NCBI GenBank assembly: GCA_036404995.1
Contig: DASWYL010000011.1
Span: 995 to 64,994, forward strand
Length of the DNA stretch: 64,000 bases
Direction of reading: 5' to 3'
From: Sphingobium sp.
GTDB taxonomy: Bacteria; Pseudomonadota; Alphaproteobacteria; Sphingomonadales; Sphingomonadaceae
Positions 27,740 through 36,479 of this stretch are shown here, piece after piece. The position numbers were made by a program, and so were the translations under genes. Below the pieces are notes generated by a model. That model saw only the letters and a list, made by a program, of their open reading frames with translations. It had not been told where the DNA came from and made no database searches. Position 1 is the first letter of the stretch; each line of letters opens with the position of its first letter.

Positions 27740-30577
27740 ATGACAAACCCTCTCAAGAGTCTCGCCCTGGCGGGAGCGGCGCTCGCAGCGCTGACCGTCT
27801 CCGTCCCCCTCGTCGCGCAGAAGAAAGCCCCAGCGTCCGCCGTCACCGCGCCGCCGATCCAGTTCACCGAGTGGAAGCTCGCCAACGGGCTGACCATCAT
27901 CGCGATCCCGGACAAGAAGACGTCCACCGTGATGACCTCGGTCTGGTACGACGTTGGCTCGAAGAACGATCCGGAGGGGCGCTCCGGTTTCGCGCACCTG
28001 TTCGAGCATATTCTGAGCCGCAAGACGCAGAACATGCCCTACAACATGATCAATCGCCTGACCGAGGATGTCGGCGGCCAGCGCAATGCCTCGACCGGCG
28101 GCGACCGCACCAACTATTACGAGATCGTCCCCGCCGAATATCTCGAGACCATGCTCTGGACCCATGCCGAGCGCATGGCCCGCCCGGTGGTCGACGACGA
28201 GGTGTTCGAGCGCGAGCGCTCGATCGTGAAGGAGGAGCTGCGCCAGCGCGTGCTCGCCCCGCCCTATGGCATCATGCAGCGCTACCTGCTGGCTGAGAAT
28301 GCCTATGACGTGCTGCCGCACCGGCGCTCAGGTATTGGCAGCATCGAGCAGCTCGATTCCGCCACGCTCCAGGATGCGCGCGGATTCCACCAGGCCTTTT
28401 ACGGCCCGGATACAGCAACTTTGATCGTCGCCGGCAATTTCGATCCCGCCCGGCTCAAGTCGCTGGTCGACAAATATTTCGCCGCCATTCCCCGTCGTGC
28501 GCGCCCGGTCTCGACCGACATCACCACGCGCGAGAAGCCGCGCACCACGCCGCGCACGGTCAACGGCACCGGCCCCAACGTGCCGCTCCCCGCGGTCGGC
28601 GCGATCTACCAGCTGCCCGCAGCCGCCACGCCGGACATTGCCGCGCTCACCGTGCTCGATGCCATCCTCTCGACCGGCGAGAACAGCCGCCTGTACAATG
28701 CGCTCGTCCGCACCGGGAAGGCCGTGCAGGTTTCCGAATATTTCGACAGCAACCAGGAAGGAGGCTACATTTCGCCCTTCGCGATCCTCAAGGCCGGCAC
28801 GCCGCTGCCCGAGGTCGCCGGCATCATCGCCGCCGAGCTGGAGCGTGTGCGCACCAGCGGCGTGAGCGCAGCCGAGCTGACCGAAGCCAAGAACCAGCTG
28901 CTCTCCGCTGCCCTCGTCCGCCGCGAGACCGCGTCGGGTCGCGCCTTCGAGCTTGGCGAGGCTCTGGTCACGGTCGGCGACGCGCATGCCGCCGATCGCC
29001 AGCTGTCCGACATCACCAAGGTCACGGTCGCCGACGTCCAGCGCGTCGCGAAGAAATGGCTCGACCCCAAGGGCGTCGTGCAGTTCACCTATACGCAGGG
29101 TTCGGGCGCGCCTTCGACCTGGGCCAACCCCGTGCCCATGCCGCGCTTCGACACGATCCCGGCCGCGACCGGCGAGCCCTCGAAGCTCAATCCGGAAGCG
29201 CAGCGCCAGGCCCCGCCGCCGCCCGCCGCCGCGCCGGCCATCGCCCAGCCGAAGATCGTCGAGAGCAAGCTGCCCAATGGTGTGCGCCTCGTTGCTGCGC
29301 AGACCGGCGACGTGCCCCTCGCCACGATGAGCGTCGTCCTGCCCGGCGGCACGGCGACCGATCCGGCGGGCAAGGCAGGCCTCGTCGCCTTCGCGTCGGA
29401 GGTCGCCAACAAGGGGACGCCGAACCACACCGCCGAGCAGATTGCAGCCAAGCTCGAAAGCCTCGGGGCCGAGATGAGCGCGACACCCTCGCCGGACGGC
29501 GTGGTGTTCAGCGTGACCGCGCCTGTCGCCAATCTCGATGCGGCCGGGGCGGTACTGGCTGACGTGATCCGCAACGCCACCTATCCGGACGCCGAGCTCG
29601 AACGCGAGCGCTCGCGCACGATCGACTCGCTCAAGGTTGCGCTCAAGGATCCCGGTACGCTCGCTACCATGGCCGCCTCGCGCGTCTTTTATGGCGATGC
29701 CGCCTATGGCTCGGTGGCGACGCTGCAGACCATCCCCGCTATCAGCCGCGCCGACCTGCTTGCCTGGCGCGCCTCCCATTGGCACCCCTCGACCGCCTCG
29801 GTCATCGTGAGCGGCGGCATCACCCCGGCGAAGGCGCAGGTGATCGTCGGCAAGCTGTTCGGCGACTGGAAGAGCAATGTTGCCGCCGCGCCGCGCGTCA
29901 CAAGTCCCGCCGGTGCCGCGCCGCAGCCGCGCACGGTCGTGATCGACCTGCCGGAAGCGGGGCAGGCGGCGGTCTACGTCGGGGTACGTGGCGTGCCGCG
30001 TGCCGGCGCGGATTATTATTCGCTCATCCTCGCCAACAGCGTGCTCGGTGTCGGCTCCAACGGCCGCCTGTTCGAGGAAGTGCGCACCAAGCGGGGCCTG
30101 AGCTACGGCGCCTACAGTACGCTCCCCTCGCGCGCCGACGCACCGGTGCTCAACGCCACCGCGCAGACGCAGAACAGCACGGCGGATGAGGTCGTGCAGG
30201 TTATGCTCGATCAGTTCGGCGGCCTCGGCACCAATCCGGCGGCGGAGAATGCGCTCCAGAAGCGCCGCCTCTATCTCGGCGGTGCGCTCGCCCGGCAGAT
30301 CGAGACGAGCAGCGGCTTCAACACGCTCGTCGCCGGCCTGCTGCTGCAGGGCCTGCCGCCGGGCGAGTCCGAGAAGCTGCCCGCTCGCTATGCCGCCGTC
30401 ACGACAGCCGCAGCGGCGGACGTCGCCAAGCGCTACGTCACCCCGCAGGTTGCCTCGGTGGTGGTGGTGGGCAAGGCCGCCGACTTCATCGACGACCTCA
30501 GGAACATTCGGCCCGACGCCGTGGTGATCCCGGCGGCGAAGCTTGACCTGTCCAGGGGGACGCTGATGGCGCCCTGA
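27740..30577 (+). CDS. M16 (pitrilysin-family) zinc protease
   Basis: Signal peptide, GFAHLFEH inverted zinc motif, NAST, VKEE, C-terminal RTKRGLSYG. Confidence 0.94.
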   Translation: MTNPLKSLALAGAALAALTVSVPLVAQKKAPASAVTAPPIQFTEWKLANGLTIIAIPDKKTSTVMTSVWYDVGSKNDPEGRSGFAHLFEHILSRKTQNMPYNMINRLTEDVGGQRNASTGGDRTNYYEIVPAEYLETMLWTHAERMARPVVDDEVFERERSIVKEELRQRVLAPPYGIMQRYLLAENAYDVLPHRRSGIGSIEQLDSATLQDARGFHQAFYGPDTATLIVAGNFDPARLKSLVDKYFAAIPRRARPVSTDITTREKPRTTPRTVNGTGPNVPLPAVGAIYQLPAAATPDIAALTVLDAILSTGENSRLYNALVRTGKAVQVSEYFDSNQEGGYISPFAILKAGTPLPEVAGIIAAELERVRTSGVSAAELTEAKNQLLSAALVRRETASGRAFELGEALVTVGDAHAADRQLSDITKVTVADVQRVAKKWLDPKGVVQFTYTQGSGAPSTWANPVPMPRFDTIPAATGEPSKLNPEAQRQAPPPPAAAPAIAQPKIVESKLPNGVRLVAAQTGDVPLATMSVVLPGGTATDPAGKAGLVAFASEVANKGTPNHTAEQIAAKLESLGAEMSATPSPDGVVFSVTAPVANLDAAGAVLADVIRNATYPDAELERERSRTIDSLKVALKDPGTLATMAASRVFYGDAAYGSVATLQTIPAISRADLLAWRASHWHPSTASVIVSGGITPAKAQVIVGKLFGDWKSNVAAAPRVTSPAGAAPQPRTVVIDLPEAGQAAVYVGVRGVPRAGADYYSLILANSVLGVGSNGRLFEEVRTKRGLSYGAYSTLPSRADAPVLNATAQTQNSTADEVVQVMLDQFGGLGTNPAAENALQKRRLYLGGALARQIETSSGFNTLVAGLLLQGLPPGESEKLPARYAAVTTAAAADVAKRYVTPQVASVVVVGKAADFIDDLRNIRPDAVVIPAAKLDLSRGTLMAP

Positions 30578-30583
30578 GGTTTA

Positions 30584-32029
30584 TCAAGCCGCGCTAGCGT
30601 TCGCCCCCGGAGGCGTAATCTGCCGCAATCCCGTCCCGATCAGCGCTCTCGGCTGGTCGAACGCCGCCGAGACCACCGGATAGGCGCAGGCGTCGGCGAC
30701 ATAGCTGCCGCCCGGGCGGTGGTTGCCGGAATAGCCGGTGCCGCCCATCGGTGCAGAGACGGGCGTGGCGGTGGTCGGGCGGTTCCAGTTGACGATGCCG
30801 CTTTTGCTCATCGCCAGGAAATAGTCGAAATGCTCCGGCCCGCCGCCGATCAGGGCGGAGCAGAGGCCGTAGCGCGTGTCGTTGGCAATGGCGATTGCCC
30901 GCTCGAAATCGGCCACGCGGACGATCTGCAGCAGCGGCCCGAAATATTCGACGTCGGGCGGCCGGTCCTTCATGTCGGTGAGGTCGATGATGCCGGGTGT
31001 CACGAAGGGCAGGCCGTCGATCGGCCGCCTCATGTGGCGCAGCGGCCGGCCGCCATTGCTCATCAGGTAGAGGAATCCGTCGGTGAGGCAGTCGGCCGCG
31101 TCCATGTCGATCAGCGGGCCCATATACGGCACCTCCTCCGCATGGGGATGGTCGATCAGCAACTGGTCGGAGAGGCGCACGACCTCGGCGATCAGCGGCT
31201 CGGCAATGCCGTCGCGCACGATCAGGCGCCGCGCGGCGAGGCAGTTCTGCCCGCTGGAGGCAAAGGCGGACTGGACGATGAGCGTCGCGGCGCTGGCAAT
31301 GTCGGCCACGTCCCAGGCGACGATCGCATTATTGCCGCCCATGCTGAGCGAAAGCAGCTTTTCCGGATGTCCGCCCAGCGCGCGGGAGATGGCGATGCCG
31401 TTCAGCGTCGAGCCGGTGAAAAGCACGCCGTTGACGCGATCGTCGGCGGCGAGCGCCGCGCCTGTCTCGGGTCCGCCGATCACGCAGCGCACCAGCTCTT
31501 CGGGGATGCCCGCGCCGTGCATCAGGTCGATCAGGCACTGGCCGACGACCGGCGCCTTTTCGGACGGCTTGAAGAGCACGCCATTGCCGGCGATCAGCGC
31601 GGCGACGATCTGGTCGGCCGCGATTTTCGCCGGCATGCAGGCCGGGCTGATCACCGCCATGATGCCGAGCGGCAGGTGGCGCAGCGTCTGGCGCGCACCC
31701 ATCGCCCCTTCGAGCCGGCGTGCGCCCGCGCGCTCGGAGACGGCCATGACTGCCTGGTCGACCGACATGGTCAATGCATGGACCTCGGCGCGCGTGTCCC
31801 AGAGCGGTCGGCCCGTTTCGCGCGCGATCAGGTCGGCAAACTGTTCCTCATTGTCGCGAACATGATGCGCGAAACGGCGCATGGTCTCGATGCGGTTGAT
31901 CAGCGGCAGCTTCGCCCAGGCCGGGGCGGCGCGCTCCACGCAGGCGATTTCGGCCGCGATATCACTGACTTCGCCCTCCCAGAGGAGCGCGCCCGTGGCG
32001 GGCTCATAGGATGAGAGCATTGAGGACAT
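30584..32029 (-). CDS. AstD-like aldehyde dehydrogenase family protein with substituted catalytic Asn and Glu
   Basis: FKPSE, FTGS, MGGNN, GQNC, EYFGP, GIVNWNRPT and SGNHRP are AstD-like. Confidence 0.85.
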   Translation of the reverse strand: MSSMLSSYEPATGALLWEGEVSDIAAEIACVERAAPAWAKLPLINRIETMRRFAHHVRDNEEQFADLIARETGRPLWDTRAEVHALTMSVDQAVMAVSERAGARRLEGAMGARQTLRHLPLGIMAVISPACMPAKIAADQIVAALIAGNGVLFKPSEKAPVVGQCLIDLMHGAGIPEELVRCVIGGPETGAALAADDRVNGVLFTGSTLNGIAISRALGGHPEKLLSLSMGGNNAIVAWDVADIASAATLIVQSAFASSGQNCLAARRLIVRDGIAEPLIAEVVRLSDQLLIDHPHAEEVPYMGPLIDMDAADCLTDGFLYLMSNGGRPLRHMRRPIDGLPFVTPGIIDLTDMKDRPPDVEYFGPLLQIVRVADFERAIAIANDTRYGLCSALIGGGPEHFDYFLAMSKSGIVNWNRPTTATPVSAPMGGTGYSGNHRPGGSYVADACAYPVVSAAFDQPRALIGTGLRQITPPGANASAA

Positions 32030-32149
32030 CCCAGCGTTCTACCGCCAAGGTGTCGACACATGGTTACCGTGCGGAAATCGCGGCGGTTCGTCCGCCGGAA
32101 TAGAACCGACCAAGGAATAATTCTGCGAGCTACGACTGTAGCTACATCG

Positions 32150-32405
32150 ACCCTGGTAACGCGCATTCAGAGCGACGAACGCTTCCAAGGCCGGCGATCG
32201 CTCGGCCATCATGGTCTGGATATGCGGGCGAAGCGCCATCATCCGCATGTAGGTATCGGCATGCAGACCATATCAGTCCAGGACATCCTCACCGTATATG
32301 CGAGACGTCGCGGCGCTGATCACCGTGAAATGAACATAGGCGATGCAGTCGGCTGCAGAGAATGATGAGCCGAATGCGAAGGGCGTGAATTTGGCGAGAC
32401 GTGGA
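32150..32405 (-). pseudogene. Glutathione S-transferase C-terminal remnant
   Basis: One frame reads RLAKFTPFAFGSSFSAADCIAYVHFTVISAATSRIYGEDVLD*YGLHADTYMRMMALRPHIQTMMAER. GST N-capping box (G..FS.AD) and RP motif present, in-frame TGA at 32273-32275, N-terminal domain missing. Confidence 0.7.
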
Positions 32406-32460
32406 ACTGCCGAGCTTCTCTCGCAAGATCGAACACGGCGGGCCGTGAATGAAGCGACCG

Positions 32461-32497
32461 ATGCGTTCTGGGCATGGGAATGATAGGGAGACATGAT
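32461..32497 (+). promoter_or_regulatory. Four-box LysR (OxyR-like) operator upstream of DUF302
   Basis: ATGC-N7-GCAT-N7-ATAG-N7-TGAT. Confidence 0.65.
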
Positions 32498-32567
32498 TTC
32501 CGCGCGGGGCCGTGGAGACACATAATCCGGGCAGCAGAAATCATCCCGGAGTATTTCGATGACCCTC

Positions 32568-33062
32568 ATGTCCGCCTCATTTCGTCCCTTTTCCGTCTTC
32601 GCGCTCGCCGGCGCGGTTCTCGCGATGTCGCCTCACGCCGTGCATGCCCAGTCCGCCCCCCAAGCGTCGACCAAGGGCGTCTTGCGCCTCAAGAGCGCTA
32701 ACGGCTTCGACGACACCGTGGTTCGCCTCAAATCCGACGTTCAGGCCAAGGGCATCCGCCTCTTCGACCAGATCGACCAGTCTGGCCTCGGCGCGCAGGC
32801 GGACCTCAAAACCGGCCGCTCGACGCTGGTCATCTTTGGCAACCCGCCGCTCGGCGTGCAATTCCTCCAGGCCAACCCCTATTCGGGCCTCGACTGGCCG
32901 GTTCGCATGCTGGTCGTGCAGGAGGCGGATGGCAGTGTGTATGTGGCCTGGACCGACTTTGCCGAGATCGCCGCGCGTTATGGGCTCATGAACCGCGACG
33001 CGCAGCTCAAGATGGCCAGCGAGGTCGCGGCCTCTATCGCCAAGGCGGCGACCAGCCAGTGA
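32568..33062 (+). CDS. DUF302 family periplasmic protein
   Basis: Signal peptide, LF.QID, LVIFGNP..G, GLDWPVRMLV. Start is 32559 or 32568. Confidence 0.88.
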   Translation: MSASFRPFSVFALAGAVLAMSPHAVHAQSAPQASTKGVLRLKSANGFDDTVVRLKSDVQAKGIRLFDQIDQSGLGAQADLKTGRSTLVIFGNPPLGVQFLQANPYSGLDWPVRMLVVQEADGSVYVAWTDFAEIAARYGLMNRDAQLKMASEVAASIAKAATSQ

Positions 33063-34030
33063 TGGGCACTGCGCTCGCCCTGCTGCTTCTCGCATTGATT
33101 TGCGCCGCGACGATGGGCTTTGCCATCACACGCGGCGCGACCTGCATGGTTGCCGCCGTAGACGAGATATACCGTGGGCGTGGTTGCCGTAGGATACTCG
33201 CTCTTGCCGAAGCTGCCCTCTGGGTGGCGGGGGGCCTCAGCGTTGCGGCGCTTGCCGGTCTTATGCCCAGGGCGCCGGCTGCGCACGCCATCGGCATGGC
33301 CACGATCCTCGGCGGCGCGCTGCTGGGCATCGGCGCCTTTGTGAACCGCGCCTGCGTTTTCGGCTCGGTCGCGCGGCTGGGCGCGGGCGAATGGCATTAT
33401 CTTATGACGCCGCTCGGCTTCCTGGCCGGATGTCTTGTCCTGCAGCCCCTGGCGGCAACCGCGCTGGGCACGCATGATGCCATGACTGGGTTTCCGGTGC
33501 TGCCGGCGTTCGTCCTTCTCGCGCTCCTGGCCTTTGCCCTGTTCCGGGGCTTCGGCTTTTCTGCGGCCGCACGACGCGGCCAACTCGCCGATCACTTCTG
33601 GTCGCCGCACCTCGCGACCAGTGTCATCGGCGTTGCTTTCGTCATTCTGTTGCTGACGGCTGGCGCCTGGACCTATCCCGAGGCGCTGATCGAACTCTCG
33701 CGCGGCATGACGATGCAGAGCGCTTTGCGAGTCTCGCTCTTTCTATCGCTGCTCGGTGGCGCAGTCCTCGGCGGCTGGGGCCGGGCGGTTACGGGCGGTC
33801 GGGGCTGGTCGAATGGGGGCGCACTGCGCTGCTTTGGCGGCGGCGTCCTCATGGGGCTCGGCAGCCTTTTGATTCCCGGTGGAAACGACAATCTTATCCT
33901 CGTCGGACTACCGTTCCTGCTGCCTTATGCCTGGGTGGCGATCGGGGTCATGTTCCTGTCGATCTGGGGCTGCATGGCGCTTGGCGACGGCCTCACAAGG
34001 GCGCTGGCGTCAACCAGGGCAGAGAGTTAA
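33062..34030 (+). CDS. YeeE/YedE (thiosulfate/sulfur compound transporter family) membrane protein
   Basis: MGFAI.RG..CMV, G.GAFVNRAC..G, GG.LMG.G..L.PGGND, ~9 TM. Confidence 0.8.
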   Translation: MGTALALLLLALICAATMGFAITRGATCMVAAVDEIYRGRGCRRILALAEAALWVAGGLSVAALAGLMPRAPAAHAIGMATILGGALLGIGAFVNRACVFGSVARLGAGEWHYLMTPLGFLAGCLVLQPLAATALGTHDAMTGFPVLPAFVLLALLAFALFRGFGFSAAARRGQLADHFWSPHLATSVIGVAFVILLLTAGAWTYPEALIELSRGMTMQSALRVSLFLSLLGGAVLGGWGRAVTGGRGWSNGGALRCFGGGVLMGLGSLLIPGGNDNLILVGLPFLLPYAWVAIGVMFLSIWGCMALGDGLTRALASTRAES

Positions 34031-34059
34031 ACTGTCAATCGAGGCTGGGGGCTTTCACG

Positions 34060-34965
34060 ATGGAAATGCAGCAAGTCCGCTATTTCATTGCGGTGGCGAA
34101 GACGCTGAACTTCACGCGTGCCGCCGAGCAGTGCAACGTGACGCAGCCTGCGCTGACGCGCGCCATCAAGCAGCTGGAGGAGGAGCTTGGCGGCGAGCTC
34201 ATCCGCCGCGAGGGCCGGCTCAGCCACTTGACCGATCTTGGCGCGCGTATGCTGCCGCTGCTCACCCAATGCTATGAGAGCGCGATCAACGCCAAGACTC
34301 TCGCTGCACAAGTGAGGAAGGGTGACGTTGCCAGCCTCGCCATCGGCGTATCGCGCACCCTGGATGTCGATCTGCTCATCGAGCCCCTTGCCGAGATGCA
34401 TCGAAGCTTTCCGGGACTGCAGTTGAAGCTGCGCCGTGGGAGCGGGGCGCAGATCGCCGAATGGCTCAAAAATGGCGACATCGAACTCGCAATGGGCGGA
34501 CCCCTTGGCGAGACTTGGGACCGGCTCGAAAGCTGGCCGATGTTCACTGAGTCTTTCGATTTCGTCGTGTCTGCCGATCATGAACTGGCCATGCGCAACG
34601 AGCTCGAAATCGATGTCGAGATCATCAAGGACGTACGATTCCTCGTTCATGGTGAGTGCGATCCCGCCGAACTGAACCGCTCGAGGCTGGATGCGGCAGG
34701 CATCAACCTCGATCAGGCGCATCAGGTCGACTGCGCCCGGGATCTGGAGGCGCTTGTTCTTGCGCGGTTCGGCATTGCGATCTTGCCGTCGAGCGCGCTG
34801 CGCGCCCCAAGGTTGCGGCATGTCGCCTGCGCATCGCTCGACCTGCGCCGCACGGTGGCCATCTACAGTGTCGCCGGTCGTGCCCGGTCGCGCGAGGCCA
34901 CGGCTCTGCTTACTCTGGTGCGCTCGGCCGACTGGTCGCTCAGCTCCTGTCCAGAAGCGGCTTGA
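34060..34965 (+). CDS. LysR-family regulator, OxyR-like with single Cys200
   Basis: LNFTRAAEQCNVTQPALTRAIKQLEEELG HTH. Cys25 and Cys200 sit at positions equivalent to OxyR C25 and C199. Confidence 0.9.
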   Translation: MEMQQVRYFIAVAKTLNFTRAAEQCNVTQPALTRAIKQLEEELGGELIRREGRLSHLTDLGARMLPLLTQCYESAINAKTLAAQVRKGDVASLAIGVSRTLDVDLLIEPLAEMHRSFPGLQLKLRRGSGAQIAEWLKNGDIELAMGGPLGETWDRLESWPMFTESFDFVVSADHELAMRNELEIDVEIIKDVRFLVHGECDPAELNRSRLDAAGINLDQAHQVDCARDLEALVLARFGIAILPSSALRAPRLRHVACASLDLRRTVAIYSVAGRARSREATALLTLVRSADWSLSSCPEAA

Positions 34966-35647
34966 GTTCTTTGAGAATTGTGCTCGGCTCCAGGCGCCGA
35001 CGGTAGTCGGGATCGACATGTCGTGACACGATGACGCCGTCACCATCGAGGACGAAGACTGCCGGTACTGGCAATATCCAAGGCGTGCCCCCTTGGTAGC
35101 CCGGGACATCCCAGCCGGCGCCGGCGATCAGCGAAGACATGAACTCGTCGACGAAAATGGCAAGGTTGATCGAGAGGCAGTAGCCCCCCCCGACATCTGA
35201 GAGAAACGGGAAGGTGGCACCAGATTCCGCACGCAGCATCTGTGTGTATTTGCGCGTTTCCGAGGAAATGGCGACAATCTGCGCGGGCAGCACGTCGCCC
35301 TGTATCTCAGCAAGACCGACCATGTTCAGCCGGCAATAGGGGCACCAGTGCCCGCGATGAAAACCGATAATGACCGGCCCCCGAGCAAGCAGGTCGTCAA
35401 GATGGACGAGCCTTCCTTCGTGATCGGGCAGGCTGAAAGACGGCATATGGTCACCGATTTGCGGGGCCGCTGCTCCGGCGCTCGCCGCTTCCAGCCTCGC
35501 GACGAACCGATCGACCGTGACCGCAAAGTCGGGTGCCTTGACTCTCACGACATCGGCAATGGCCGCAAGCCGCTCGGCAAGGGGCAGGTCCAGGTCACGG
35601 ACTTTCTGAAACTCGTCCTCCAGCGCGGCAACCAGCGGATGAGTCAT
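34940..35647 (-). CDS. Peroxiredoxin-like (AhpC/TSA, CxxC) protein
   Basis: G..MPSFSLPD, FHRGHWCPYCR, AISSE, LPVPAVFVLD, DPDYRRR.EP. Confidence 0.9.
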   Translation of the reverse strand: MTHPLVAALEDEFQKVRDLDLPLAERLAAIADVVRVKAPDFAVTVDRFVARLEAASAGAAAPQIGDHMPSFSLPDHEGRLVHLDDLLARGPVIIGFHRGHWCPYCRLNMVGLAEIQGDVLPAQIVAISSETRKYTQMLRAESGATFPFLSDVGGGYCLSINLAIFVDEFMSSLIAGAGWDVPGYQGGTPWILPVPAVFVLDGDGVIVSRHVDPDYRRRLEPSTILKELKPLLDRS

Positions 35648-35723
35648 GCGTACCCCCTTCCGCCTATGATCATAGCATGGCGCCTCGCCCGGTCCACAGC
35701 GCGCTCGGGTGCATCCGGCGACC

Positions 35724-36389
35724 TCAACAGCGGTTCAACAATGGCTGCAGATGGGCGAGAATGTCGCTCGGCTCCGCGCGCCGGCGATAGTCCGGGTCGA
35801 CATAGCGCGCGACAATCGTACCGTCGCGATCGAGGACGAACACGGCCGGGATTGGAATGATCCACGGCGTGCCGCCCTGATAGGCCGGGATATCGAGCCC
35901 GGCACCCGCGATCAAAGCCGCCATGGTCTGATCCACATACACCGCAAGATTGACCTGGAGGCTGTACCCCACGCCGACATCGGTCAGAAAAGGAAAGGTC
36001 GCACCCGACAACGCACGCAGTTCGCTGGTATGTTTGCGCGTCTCCGGCGAAATCGCGACGATCCGGGCAGGCGCCACTTTGTCCTGGATTTCCGCCAGTC
36101 CGATCATGTTCGTGCGGCAATAGGGGCACCAGTGTCCGCGGTGGAACGCGATCACCAGCGGTCCCTGCTCCAGCAGTTCAAGGAGGGTGACGAAGCGCCC
36201 GTCCTGATCGGGCAGGTCGAAGGGCGGCATTTTGTCGCCAACCTGCGGGGCCGTCGAACCGGCATTGGCTGCCTCCAGCCTGCCAATGAACTGGTCGATC
36301 GCCGTGGCGAACGGTGAAGGCCCTTTCGCCCGGATCCGATCGGCTATGGCCTGGAGCCGTTCGGCGAGCGTCAATTCGGTTTCACTCAT
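35724..36389 (-). CDS. Peroxiredoxin-like (AhpC/TSA, CxxC) protein, tandem paralog
   Basis: FHRGHWCPYCR, AISPE, IPIPAVFVLD, DPDYRRRAEP. Confidence 0.9.
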   Translation of the reverse strand: MSETELTLAERLQAIADRIRAKGPSPFATAIDQFIGRLEAANAGSTAPQVGDKMPPFDLPDQDGRFVTLLELLEQGPLVIAFHRGHWCPYCRTNMIGLAEIQDKVAPARIVAISPETRKHTSELRALSGATFPFLTDVGVGYSLQVNLAVYVDQTMAALIAGAGLDIPAYQGGTPWIIPIPAVFVLDRDGTIVARYVDPDYRRRAEPSDILAHLQPLLNRC

Positions 36390-36479
36390 GTCAGCATTCA
36401 GTCCTCAAATCAAAGGCAGAGGGCGGCGGCGGCGCAGCATCGGCCTGGTCCACCAGATGGGGCGCGCGGCGCGCCTCCG

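Noticed and set aside
32273-32275. Selenocysteine or readthrough at the TGA in the GST remnant
   Set aside because: The gene lacks its 5' half and the position is not a catalytic Cys; a nonsense mutation is simpler.
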